Position numbers and translations under genes: made by a program. From the NCBI GenBank assembly GCA_014360655.1, contig JACIXC010000002.1:203959-267958 (forward strand): DNA of 64,000 nt, written 5' to 3'. The notes under the pieces are model-generated. The model made no database searches. It was not told where the DNA came from and worked only from the letters and a program-made list of their open reading frames with translations. The DNA comes from Actinomycetota bacterium. Its GTDB lineage: Bacteria; Actinomycetota; Geothermincolia; Geothermincolales; RBG-13-55-18. This document shows positions 19,020-28,700 of this stretch, piece by piece (the stretch's first letter is position 1; the number at the start of each line of letters is the position of its first letter).

Positions 19020-20129
19020 ATGGCCTTCAAGGATGAAGAATATCGCAGGCGCATGAGCCGCTTGCGGGCCGTAATGTCGAGGGAGAGGCTGGACGGCCTG
19101 CTGTTGAGCGGCCCGGCGGACGTACGTTACCTCTGCGGTTTCAGCGGCTCCAGCGGCATGGTGCTCCTCCTCGGAAGGTCGGGATACTTTATCACCGACT
19201 TCCGCTACCGGGAGCAGGCAGCCCTCGAGGTGGCGGGCTTGCGTGTCGTGATCTGCGAGGACGGATTCGGACAGGCCCTGCGGGAGGTGCTGTCCCGGCG
19301 CACGGCGAAGGGCGCCCCGGGGGTGATGAGGATAGGTTTCGATCCGGGTACGGTGACCTACGCGGAACTCTTAAGGCTGCGAAGACAGTTGCGGGGAGTG
19401 GCCTCGCTGGTCGCGATGGGGGCGGAGACGCAGGCGCTGAGGGCACGCAAGAGCCGGAGCGAGGTGGAGGTTCTAAAAAAGGGGCTGAGGGTGGCGGAGG
19501 AGGCCTTCCGGGAGGCCCTGGGACGGGTGGATAAGCGCACCACGGAGTGGGAACTCGCCATGGAGGTGGACTTCGCGGCACGCAGGCGGGGTGCCGAGAC
19601 CACTGCCTTCGAGACCATCGTGGCTTCGGGGAGCAGGGGGGCCCTGGTGCACGCCAAGCCGTCCCGGAAAGGGCTGGCGGGGGCGGCGGTAATCGACTGG
19701 GGCGTGGTGTACGGGGGGTATAACACGGACTGCACGCGCACCCTCGCCTTCGGAAGGGTGCCTGCCGAGCTCGTGAAGGCGCACCGCCTGGTCATGGAAG
19801 CGCGGGAGCGTGCACTGGCGGCGGTGAGGGCGGGCGTAAGGGCCCGCGAGGTTGACAGGGCGGCACGGGAGGTTATCGAAAAAGCGGGGTACGGGGAGGC
19901 TTTCGGCCACGGACTGGGTCACGGGGTGGGGCTGGAGGTGCACGAAAGGCCGCACGTGGGGCCGAAGAGCCGGGACTTGCTGGAGGAGGGCATGGTCTTC
20001 ACCGTGGAGCCGGGCATATACCTTCCGGGGGTGGGGGGAGTGAGGGTGGAGGACATGGTTTTGGTCACCGCCCACGGGATGGAGGTGCTCGCGTCGTTCC
20101 CGCATTCCCTCGACCCCTCAGATTACTGA
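19020..20129 (+). CDS. pepP: Xaa-Pro aminopeptidase (M24B family)
   Basis: 369 aa. Creatinase-like N-domain plus M24 metal ligands (DWG..YGGY.TD, HGLGHGVGLEVHE, EPGIY, VEDMV). Conserved position between aroQ and efp. Confidence 0.9.
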   Translation: MAFKDEEYRRRMSRLRAVMSRERLDGLLLSGPADVRYLCGFSGSSGMVLLLGRSGYFITDFRYREQAALEVAGLRVVICEDGFGQALREVLSRRTAKGAPGVMRIGFDPGTVTYAELLRLRRQLRGVASLVAMGAETQALRARKSRSEVEVLKKGLRVAEEAFREALGRVDKRTTEWELAMEVDFAARRRGAETTAFETIVASGSRGALVHAKPSRKGLAGAAVIDWGVVYGGYNTDCTRTLAFGRVPAELVKAHRLVMEARERALAAVRAGVRAREVDRAAREVIEKAGYGEAFGHGLGHGVGLEVHERPHVGPKSRDLLEEGMVFTVEPGIYLPGVGGVRVEDMVLVTAHGMEVLASFPHSLDPSDY

Positions 20130-20130
20130 A

Positions 20131-20512
20131 CTTACCCGGCGGCCGGGCCGCCGGGTAACGGTCTCGCTCGCAGGCTCGCTGCGACCGACCCTGTAATTCC
20201 CCGGGCTTGCTGGGTGCGTATATGTACTTCTTCCGGCCCGGGGCCTCGGGGTAATGGTCTCGCTCGGCGCCGCGCGCCTTTCCTTCTTCCGGCGGCCGGG
20301 CCGCCGGGTAACGGTCTCGCTCGCAGGCTCGCTGCGACCGACCCGGTCGTTCCCGGCCTTGGTGGTTGCGTATATGTCGTTCTTCCGGCCCGGGGCCTCA
20401 GGGTAACGGTCTCGCTCGGCGCCGCGCGCCTTTCCTTCTTCCGGCGGCCGGGCCGCCGGGTAACGGTCTCGCTCGCAGGCTCGCTGCGACCGACCCGGTC
20501 GTTCCCGGCCTC
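20131..20512. repeat. Tandem GC-rich intergenic repeat, about 2.5 copies of a 152-bp unit
   Basis: Copies begin near 20131, 20286 and 20438. 20286-20358 and 20438-20510 are identical over 73 nt. The 18-nt core GGGTAA(C/T)GGTCTCGCTCG occurs 5 times (20153, 20249, 20306, 20401, 20458). Contains the CGGCGG-ccggg-CCGCCG hairpin. Confidence 0.9.
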
Positions 20513-20589
20513 AGTTGTGTGGAAATAAGGGATGTTCTCCTGTGTTAAAATGGGACGCGTAGGCAGGAGCAACAAGGGAGAAAGGCGAC

Positions 20590-21150
20590 ATGATAACCAC
20601 GGCGGATTTCAGGAACGGCATCACCATCGAACTGGACGGCACGCTGTACAACCTGGTCTATTTTCAACACGTGAAGCCGGGCAAGGGAGGCGCCTTCGTG
20701 CGAACCCGCTTAAAGAACCTCAAGACGGGAGCGGTGATCGAGAAGACCTTCCGGGCCGGGGAGCGTGTGGAGCTGGCCGTCCTGGACAAGCGGCGCATGC
20801 AGTATCTCTATCGTGACGGAGACAACTACCTCTTCATGGACCTTGATAGCTACGAGCAGATGCCCATATCGGGCGAAGAAGTGGGGGAGACCGCGAAGTA
20901 CCTGGTTGAGGGGATAACGGTGGAGGTTCCGCTCTACGAAGGTAAGCCGGTGGGCGTGGAGCCGCCCGTCTTCGTGGAGATGGAGGTGGTGGAGACGGCG
21001 CCCGGCGTGAAGGGCGACACCGCCAGCGGGGGAAGCAAGCCGGCCACCCTGGAGACGGGTCTCGTGGTGAACGTCCCCTTCTTCATAGAGGCGGGGAACA
21101 GGGTGAAGATCGATACACGCAGCGGCGAGTACGTGGAGCGGGTCGAGTAG
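20590..21150 (+). CDS. efp: Elongation factor P
   Basis: 186 aa. [17 protein letters not shown]...[16 protein letters not shown]. Full-length EF-P. Confidence 0.97.
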   Translation: MITTADFRNGITIELDGTLYNLVYFQHVKPGKGGAFVRTRLKNLKTGAVIEKTFRAGERVELAVLDKRRMQYLYRDGDNYLFMDLDSYEQMPISGEEVGETAKYLVEGITVEVPLYEGKPVGVEPPVFVEMEVVETAPGVKGDTASGGSKPATLETGLVVNVPFFIEAGNRVKIDTRSGEYVERVE

Positions 21151-21169
21151 CTCGGGAGGCAGGGCGAGC

Positions 21170-21502
21170 ATGATTGACGCGGGGGATTACAGGCTGCGAC
21201 ATGGGATGCTCGAGCTCATGGCGGGCATAGCCCTCTCGCGCGTGGAGGGGGCCTCGGGGGTGGCCATGCGCGGCGAGGTCGCGGACGAGGGAAGGAAGCG
21301 GAAGAACCTCGCAAAGGGCATAAAGGCGGAAGCGAACGAGGGCGCCGTGACCTTCGAGGTCGAGGTGCACATGGATTACGGCAGGGACTTCCACGAAGTG
21401 GGGAGAGAGGTGCAGCGTGCTGTGAAGGAGGCGGTGGAGTCCATGACCGGATGGCGGGTGGATGCGGTTGACGTCAACGTCACGGGGGTGAACGCCGTCT
21501 AG
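21170..21502 (+). CDS. Asp23/Gls24-family envelope stress protein (YqhY-like)
   Basis: 110 aa with typical Asp23 features (GVAMRGEV..., VEVHMDYG, VDVNVTGV). Located immediately before nusB, as in Firmicutes. Confidence 0.85.
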   Translation: MIDAGDYRLRHGMLELMAGIALSRVEGASGVAMRGEVADEGRKRKNLAKGIKAEANEGAVTFEVEVHMDYGRDFHEVGREVQRAVKEAVESMTGWRVDAVDVNVTGVNAV

Positions 21503-22057
21503 GTGAGCGAATCCCATCCCTTCGGCAGGCGTACGCTGGCCAGGAAGCTGGCCTGCGATATCCTTTACCAGGCGGACCTTACCGGGGAAGACCTTGACTC
21601 CGTGGTGGAGGGTTTCCGGCGCATGCTGGAAGAGGGGATAGAGGAGAACCCGACCCCTCCCGACGGCATCCCCGACATATCCATGGAGAGGGTGCACCTC
21701 CTTCTCGGCGACGAGGCGCGGATAGAGGAACTGTCCTCCTTCGGCTCGGAGAGCCTGCTCTACCCGCCTGAGATCCCCGTTTTCTCCCTGGACCTCGTGG
21801 ATCTTTACCTCGAGCACCGTGAGGAGATAGACGGGCTTATCGACTCCTACGCGGACCGCTGGTCGCTGGAACGCATGCCCATGGTCGACCGCAACCTCCT
21901 GCGCCTGGGGTTCGCGGAGCTCCTCTACCGTGAGGACATCCCCACCAACGTCACTATCAACGAGTACGTGGAGCTGGCCAAGGCCTTCTCGACCGAGGAT
22001 TCCGGTAAGTTCGTCAACGGGGTGCTGGGGAGGCTTTACCGGGACCGCCTGGCTTAG
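21503..22057 (+). CDS. nusB: Transcription antitermination factor NusB (with internal insertion)
   Basis: GTG start abutting the asp23 stop. ARKLACDILYQ... and ...DRNLLRLGFAELLY..IP..V.INEYVELAK.F....SGKFVNGVLG. At 184 aa it is longer than the usual ~140 aa. Confidence 0.9.
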   Translation: MSESHPFGRRTLARKLACDILYQADLTGEDLDSVVEGFRRMLEEGIEENPTPPDGIPDISMERVHLLLGDEARIEELSSFGSESLLYPPEIPVFSLDLVDLYLEHREEIDGLIDSYADRWSLERMPMVDRNLLRLGFAELLYREDIPTNVTINEYVELAKAFSTEDSGKFVNGVLGRLYRDRLA

Positions 22058-22106
22058 ATACACAAGGGTCGGGGCACGCCTTATGGCTGATGGGCGCGTG
22101 TCTTTG

Positions 22107-22432
22107 CTTCTTGCGGCGGCCGGGCCGCCGGGTAACGGTCTCGCTCGCAAGCTCGCTGCGACCGGCCCTGTGGTTCCCCGGGATGGGTGGTTGCATAAAG
22201 AGGCCGGGCCGGGGGCTCGTGCTCACTCCGCGACGCGCGGCCTCGTGATGGGTAATTCCCTTCCTCCGGGTAATCCCTCACTTTAAAGGGGACACTTCGC
22301 CAGGGCCATGATGGAGGCCGCTTGCGATGTCGTTCGCCCGACCCCCGGACCCGGCCTGGGTGGGTGGTTCAGTAAAGGCTCGCTGCGACCGGCCCTGTGG
22401 TTCCCCGGGCTTGGTGGGTGGAAATAAGGAGG
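22107..22432. repeat. Dispersed, diverged copies of the same repeat family as 20131-20512
   Basis: 22107-22202 carries CTTCTTGCGGCGGCCGGGCCGCCGGGTAACGGTCTCGCTCGCAAGCTCGCTGCGACCGGCCCTGTGGTTCCCCGGG. The core GGCTCGCTGCGACCGGCCCTGTGGTTCCCCGGG recurs at about 22375-22410. Both clusters end with GGAAATAAGG(G/A). Confidence 0.75.
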
Positions 22433-22566
22433 CCTCTTATGATATCGCTCGAAAGGGCCCCGGCGATGCTCGTATGACAACATGAAGGAAAAAGAAACGC
22501 AAAAAGGATCATTCGGAGAGGAAAGGATAAGTGATCACGGAAGAAGAACTATGTGTATGGATAGCG

Positions 22567-22595
22567 TTGCCCGGGGACCGGTGCGATGCTATTAT
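22567..22595 (+). promoter_or_regulatory. Candidate pyr operon promoter
   Basis: TTGCCC (22567-22572), N17, TATTAT (22590-22595). This places a transcription start just before the PyrR-binding loop. Confidence 0.45.
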
Positions 22596-22603
22596 GGGAT
22601 AGA

Positions 22604-22635
22604 CCTTTAAACCAGTCCCGTGAGGCTGGCAAGGG
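22604..22635 (+). promoter_or_regulatory. PyrR-binding RNA loop (pyr attenuator)
   Basis: CCTTTAAACCAGTCCCGTGAGGCTGGCAAGGG resembles, as recalled, the PyrR binding-loop pattern (CCUUUAA..CAGUCC.GAGAGGCUG..AAGG), with stem CCUUU/AAGGG and inner stem CCAG/CUGG. Confidence 0.75.
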
Positions 22636-22661
22636 AAAAAGGAGAATAAGCGTGAAAGGAG

Positions 22662-22693
22662 ACCTTCCTGCGCCGGCCGCAGGAAGGTTTTTT
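22662..22693 (+). terminator. Attenuator terminator of the pyr leader
   Basis: ACCTTCCTGCG-ccggc-CGCAGGAAGGT followed by TTTTT, 9 nt before the pyrR start. Confidence 0.85.
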
Positions 22694-22695
22694 AA

Positions 22696-23253
<558 letters not shown>

Positions 23254-23258
23254 GGCCC

Positions 23259-23280
23259 GGTCCCGCAACGGGACCCTTTT
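23259..23280 (+). terminator. Hairpin/terminator immediately after pyrR
   Basis: GGTCCCG-caa-CGGGACC followed by CTTTT. Confidence 0.55.
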
Positions 23281-23469
23281 CGGGAGGCCGGGGCATGCGT
23301 GAGAGCGGGAAGACGGGAGCGGTATGGAGATGCAGCGAGAGGAAGGCGGACGGGAGCATGAGCGGGTGGTGTGCGGGAGGAGGCCCGGCATATCCGCCGG
23401 CCGGGGCGGAGAAGGGCGCGGGACGGCCGGTGCCGTCGCCCGGGGTGAGCGGTGACACGGAGGTATCCC

Positions 23470-24405
23470 ATGGCCGTTAGGGGCCATCTACTGGACGTGG
23501 ACGACCTGGATAAGGAGGACCTGGAACGGATTCTGGAGATGGCCCACTCCTTTTCCGAGGTTCTGCGCAGGCCCATCAAGAAGGTCCCCGCCCTGCGGGG
23601 CAAGACGGTGGTCAACCTGTTCTACGAACCATCCACCCGCACCCGACTCTCCTTCGAGGTGGCCGCGAAGAGCCTGAGCGCCGACGTGCTGAACTTCACC
23701 GCCTCCGCCTCAAGCGTGGAGAAGGGCGAGAGCCTGAAGGACACCGCCCTCACCCTGCGTGCCATGGGGGTGGATGCCGTGATCGTGCGCCATCCCGTGG
23801 CGGGAGCCCCCTGGCTGCTGAGGAAGTGGCTTGACGTGACGGTGATCAACGCCGGGGACGGCATGCACGCACACCCCACCCAGGCGCTGCTCGACATCTT
23901 CACCATGCGGGAACGGCTGGGAGACCTGGAAGGACTTACCATCGCCTACGTGGGGGACATCCTGCATTCCCGCGTGGCGCGCTCGGGCATGAAAGCCTGC
24001 AGGGCGGCGGGCATGCGGGTCTTGGCGGTGGCGCCTCCCACCCTGCTGCCGCCCTCCATGCCCGGCGACGTCGAGGTGTCGCATTCCTTCGACGAGGTGA
24101 TACCACGTTGCGACGTGCTCTACATGCTGCGCATACAGAAGGAGAGACAGCAGGAGGCGAGGTTCCCCAGCCTGGAAGAATATGCCAGATGTTACCAGTT
24201 GAACATGGAGCGCATGCGCAGGGCGAAGCCGGGGGTGGTGGTGATGCACCCCGGACCGGTGAACCGGGGGGTGGAGATCTCCTCCGAGGTGGCTGACGCG
24301 CCGCACGCGGCGATAAACTCGCAGGTGTCCTCCGGGGTGGCGGTGCGCATGGCCGTTCTCTTCCTGCTCCTGGGGGGAGCGGAAGGAGGTGGCGCCCTTG
24401 CCTGA
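23470..24405 (+). CDS. pyrB: Aspartate carbamoyltransferase catalytic subunit
   Basis: ATG at 23470 after SD GGAGG (the ORF-track start at 23452 is an alternative). STRTR, HPTQ and the HPGP-type C-terminus. Confidence 0.95.
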   Translation: MAVRGHLLDVDDLDKEDLERILEMAHSFSEVLRRPIKKVPALRGKTVVNLFYEPSTRTRLSFEVAAKSLSADVLNFTASASSVEKGESLKDTALTLRAMGVDAVIVRHPVAGAPWLLRKWLDVTVINAGDGMHAHPTQALLDIFTMRERLGDLEGLTIAYVGDILHSRVARSGMKACRAAGMRVLAVAPPTLLPPSMPGDVEVSHSFDEVIPRCDVLYMLRIQKERQQEARFPSLEEYARCYQLNMERMRRAKPGVVVMHPGPVNRGVEISSEVADAPHAAINSQVSSGVAVRMAVLFLLLGGAEGGGALA

Positions 24406-25720
24406 CATACTCATAAGGGGCGCGCGGCTCATGGACCCCTTCCTCGGGAGGGACGAGACCCTTGATGTTCTTGTCTCCAGGGGGCGCGTGGCCGAGATGG
24501 GGAAGGGCATCCCCGCGGAGGGGCGCGAGGTGATAGGCGCGGAGGGCATGATACTGGCTCCGGGTTTCCTGGACATACACGTGCACCTGCGGGAGCCGGG
24601 AAGGGAGGACGAGGAGACGCTGGAGAGCGGGCTGGCCGCGGCGCTGCGGGGAGGCTTCACGGCCGTCTGTTGCATGCCGAACACGGAACCGCCCCTGGAC
24701 AATGCCGCGCTGGTGGAGGAGCTGGCGCTCAAGGCCGTGAAACTGGGCCTCGCGGACCTTTTCCCCGTGGGCTGCGTCACGCGGGGAAGGGAGGGCCGCG
24801 AGCTGGCAGAGATGGGGTTGATGCACCTCAGCAGGGCGCGGGTGAGGGCCTTCTCCGACGACGGCGACGGCATCGAGGACGCCGGGCTCATGAGGCGCGC
24901 GCTGGAGTACGTAAAGGGCTTCGACGGGATCATAGTATCCCATCCCGAGGACCGCGGGCTTTCGCGGGGCGGCCAGGTGAACGAGGGAGAGGTCTCCTTC
25001 GCCCTCGGACTGCGCGGCATGCCCGCACTCGCGGAGGAGGTCATGGTGGCGCGTGACCTGCTGCTGGCCGAGGAAACGGGGGCACGTCTCCACCTCGCCC
25101 ACGTCAGCACCGCCAGGTCGCTGCGCATGGTAAGGGATGCCAAGGCGCGCGGAGTGAGGGTGACTGCGGAGGTGACCCCGCATCACCTGGTGCTCAGCGA
25201 GATGGACATAAGGGATTACGATACCGTGTTCAAGGTGAACCCACCCCTGCGCACCCCTGAAGACGTGAAGGAGCTGCGCCGCGCCCTGCTGGATGGAACG
25301 GTGGACGCTGTTGCGAGCGACCACGCTCCCCATGCCCCGCAGGAGAAGGAACGCGAATTCGAGTACGCTCCCTTCGGTGTGGTGGGGATGGAGAGCGCCT
25401 TCCCCGTGCTCCACACCGAGCTGGTAGAGAGCGGCGAGCTGCCGCTCATGAGGTTGCTGGAACTCCTCACCCGGGGGCCGGCGGAGGTCATGGGCCTGCA
25501 CGCGCCGGAATACGGGGGAGGGATAGAGGTGGGGAGCCGTGCCGACCTGGTGCTCATCGATACGGAGCGGGAGTGGGTCCTGGACGCGACGGTCTTCGTG
25601 TCCAAGGGGAGGAACTGCCCCTTCCACGGCCGCAGGGTTAAGGGCAGGGTGGTGTTGACGCTGAAGAACGGCAAGGTGGCGTATGCCGTTCCCGATATGG
25701 GGGGTGGCGCCGGTGGTTAG
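24389..25720 (+). CDS. pyrC: Dihydroorotase
   Basis: 443 aa with DIHVHLREPG, ...ASDHAPH... and the amidohydrolase fold. Overlaps pyrB by 17 nt. Confidence 0.95.
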   Translation: MAPLPDILIRGARLMDPFLGRDETLDVLVSRGRVAEMGKGIPAEGREVIGAEGMILAPGFLDIHVHLREPGREDEETLESGLAAALRGGFTAVCCMPNTEPPLDNAALVEELALKAVKLGLADLFPVGCVTRGREGRELAEMGLMHLSRARVRAFSDDGDGIEDAGLMRRALEYVKGFDGIIVSHPEDRGLSRGGQVNEGEVSFALGLRGMPALAEEVMVARDLLLAEETGARLHLAHVSTARSLRMVRDAKARGVRVTAEVTPHHLVLSEMDIRDYDTVFKVNPPLRTPEDVKELRRALLDGTVDAVASDHAPHAPQEKEREFEYAPFGVVGMESAFPVLHTELVESGELPLMRLLELLTRGPAEVMGLHAPEYGGGIEVGSRADLVLIDTEREWVLDATVFVSKGRNCPFHGRRVKGRVVLTLKNGKVAYAVPDMGGGAGG

Positions 25721-28700
25721 GGATCGTGTGGCGCTGGTGGTGGGCCCCGGGCCCGTCACCCTGCAGGAGGGCACGTGCGTGCAGTACATGGCGGCGAGGT
25801 TATGCCGCTACCTGCACGAAAGGGGCTACCGCGTGGTGGTGCTCGAGGATAACCCGGCTACCCTCATGGATGCCTGGGAGGAGGTGGAGGGTATCTACGT
25901 GGAGCCGCCCCTTCCGGAGGTTGTCTTGCAGGCGGCGGAGAAAGCGGGGGCCGCATCCGTGTGGCTGGGCATGGCGGGGAGAAGGGGATGGGAGCTTTTC
26001 AAGGCGTTGGCGGCGGAGGGGGCGCCGGAAAGGCTCGGCATCTCCGTGCCCGATGTTGATGACCGTGTCCTCTGGCTCTGCGGAGACCGGGGGCTGCTGC
26101 GCGAGACGCTGGAAGAGAGGGGTTTCTCGAACCCCGCCTTTCGCTCCGTGGACAGCGTGCACGAGGGGCAGAGGGCGGCGGCGGAGCTGTCCTTTCCTCT
26201 TGTTGTGAGACCCCATTTCTCCTGTGGAGGATGGGGAGCCGGTATCGCCTACAACGGCGAGGAACTGCCGGCCGTGCTGGAAGAGGCCCTCAGGGAGAGC
26301 CCCGCCGGCGAGGCGCTCGTGGAGGAGTCCCTTGCGGGGTACCGTAAATACGTGGTGGTACTTCTGCGCGACGCGGACGGTGAGTGCCGGGTCGCCGGCA
26401 CTTGCGAGCAGCTCGAGCCCCTTCCCCTGCACGAGGAGGACGCCGTGCTGGTCGTGCCGCCCGCGACCGCTGACGAGGGGGTCTACGCGCTGCACGAGGC
26501 GGCGCGTGAGGCGGCGGATGCCCTCGGTCTGGTAGGGGTCGCGGAGGTGAAGATCGCGGTATCGGCCGGGTGGGAGGACCTATATGTCCTGGACGTCAAT
26601 CCGCGCCCCTGGCGCACAACGCCCCTCGTCGAGGTGGCTCTGGGGAGGGACCTGTTGAGGACGCATCTCGACCTGTTGCTCGGCGGAGGGCACGCGGCAG
26701 GGTCGCTCGCATCGCCGCAGGGGCCGAGAGGGGTCATCGTCTCCCTGCCCCGCTTCTTCTACGCCGAGGAAGAGGGGGAAGGGTGTATACATCTGCGTTG
26801 CCGGGCGGTCGGCAGGACCATCCTCGCGGGGAAGACGACGGAGGAAGCCGCCGCCGCGGCGCTCCGCTATCTCGTCCTGGAGGGGCGTGGCAAGGGATGG
26901 GGGGAAGGATGGTTGCGGAGCACGGAAGGGCTCCTGTCGGCGCTTTTGCATCGACCTGCCGCGTACCGGCGGAGGTCTGGCGGCACGGTGGCGGGCGGCG
27001 GTTTTCTGCCGCCCCGTGCGGGTGCGCCTGACGTCCCGGAGGAAGCACCGGCAGCAGGCGGGGTTACGGGAGGCCGTTACGAAGGTACGGTAGAAGGGTG
27101 CGGCGACACCGGACCCGGCACGGTAGGCGGAGCTCAGGTAGAAAGTCGCATGGAAGCTCTTTCCGGCAGCCCCCCATCGCGCGGTTATCCCCTGTGCCTG
27201 GTCCGCAGGCCGGCGGGCGCTCCCGGCGAGGGGAAAAGGGGGATCATGGTCCTGGGTGGGGACAACGGCGTTCCCGGGGGAGGACACGAAAGAAACTTCG
27301 CCGCCCTGCGGGCGGCGCTGACGGCGGCAAGGAACGGGATAGCGGCTTCTCTCTATGCTTGTGATGCCTCCTTCGCGCTGCTGGCGGTGGAGGCGGTGGA
27401 CGCGGTTTTCCTGGGGCCCCTTTCGCCTGGAGGGGTCGTGGAGGCCGTGAGAGGGGCGGCAGCGGACGCCCTCTGCTGCCAGTTCGCGGGAGAGGAAGGC
27501 CTGCGCTGCGGCGTGGCCGTCCGGGAGGGAGGCGAGGGGGTCGCCCTCCTCGAGCAGGAGGTCGCCGCTCCCGAAGACACGGGCCTCGCACAGTGGGCGC
27601 ACCGGGGGGTGAGGACGGTGCCCTTCGCCGCGGGCCGCGGTGAGGCGCGCGCTTTTCTGAAAAGGTGCGCGTTCCCGGTGCTCGCGGACGCGGCGCCGCC
27701 CGGCGGACCGGCGCGCCGCCGCATCATCTTCAGCGAGGAGGAGGGGGAGGGATTCCTCTCGCGGTGCGGCGATGACCGCGTTCTCCTGCGGCAGCTCAGC
27801 GAGGAGGCGCAGGAGGTGCTGGTGGAGGCGGTGGCCGCGCACGGGGAGGCGCGGGCCCTACTGATATGGGAAAAGCTGGAAGATAAGGGGACGGCTTCCA
27901 GTGAAGGCCTTGCCGTCTTTCCGCCCCTTCACCTGACCTCGCACCAGGCGGAAGCGGCGGAAAGACTCGCGCGCGAGGTGATCTCGCGCCTTCCCTGGAG
28001 GGGCAACCTCTCCATGCGCATGCTGATTGCAGACGGCGACGCTCTCCTCCTGGATATCACGCCGGGCGCATCGCGCGAGACGCCCTTCCTCGCGCGCGCG
28101 TCCGGTCTGCCGCTGCCGGAGATGGGGATGGAGGCATTGCTCGGAAAGGGGGAGGCGCGACTGCCTGCGCGCGAGGATGCATGCGCCTGGAGATGCCCGG
28201 AAACGCCGCTGGGCATCATCGCAGCAGAGGATATCATTCCCGAGGCGGGGGAACGTTCCACGGGCTCCCGCGTGGTTATGGCGAAGAATATCTCGCTGGC
28301 GCTGGCGAAGTTGCACGTGGCGCAGGGGATACTGCCGCGACCCGGTGGAAGGGTCTTCCTGAGCGTCGCCGACCGCGAGAAGAGGCGCGTGGTCCTCCTG
28401 GCACGCGAGCTCCGCGAGGCGGGCTACCGCCTGGCCGCGACGAGGGGGACGGCACGGACCCTGAAGGCGGCGGGTATGCCGGTCAAGGTGGTCAACAAGC
28501 TGCAGGAGGGACGGCCCAACGCGCTGGACCTCATGCGCAACGGCGAGATACAGCTGGTGATAAACGTGCCGCGCGGGAGGAAGCCCAAGAGCGACGGGTT
28601 CTATATCAGGGAGGACGCCGCGCGCCATGGCATCCCCTGCATTACCGACATGGAGGTCGCCATGGCCCTGGTGCGTGGGCTGCGTGTCTGCGGTGCAGCG

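Noticed and set aside
20131-20512. Possible CRISPR array, because an 18-nt core recurs 5 times at short intervals.
   Set aside because: The intervening segments are themselves repeated (a 152-bp unit with two sub-repeats), so there are no unique spacers. The core is far shorter than CRISPR repeats, and no cas genes are nearby.
23281-23469. Second PyrR-binding attenuator between pyrR and pyrB.
   Set aside because: Only a weak resemblance (GCAGCGAGAGGAAGGC), with no flanking CCUUU/AAGG stem and no downstream terminator before pyrB.
23936-25789. 617-aa minus-strand ORF. Similar long antisense or off-frame ORFs are 12607-13998(-), 14074-15078(-), 41134-42618(+), 43627-45222(-), 44418-46268(+), 55716-57524(-), 61190-62611(+) and 62667-63902(+).
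   Set aside because: All lie opposite or out of frame to genes with strong family signatures. Their translations are Arg/Pro/Gly/His-rich low-complexity sequences typical of stop-codon-poor frames in high-GC DNA.
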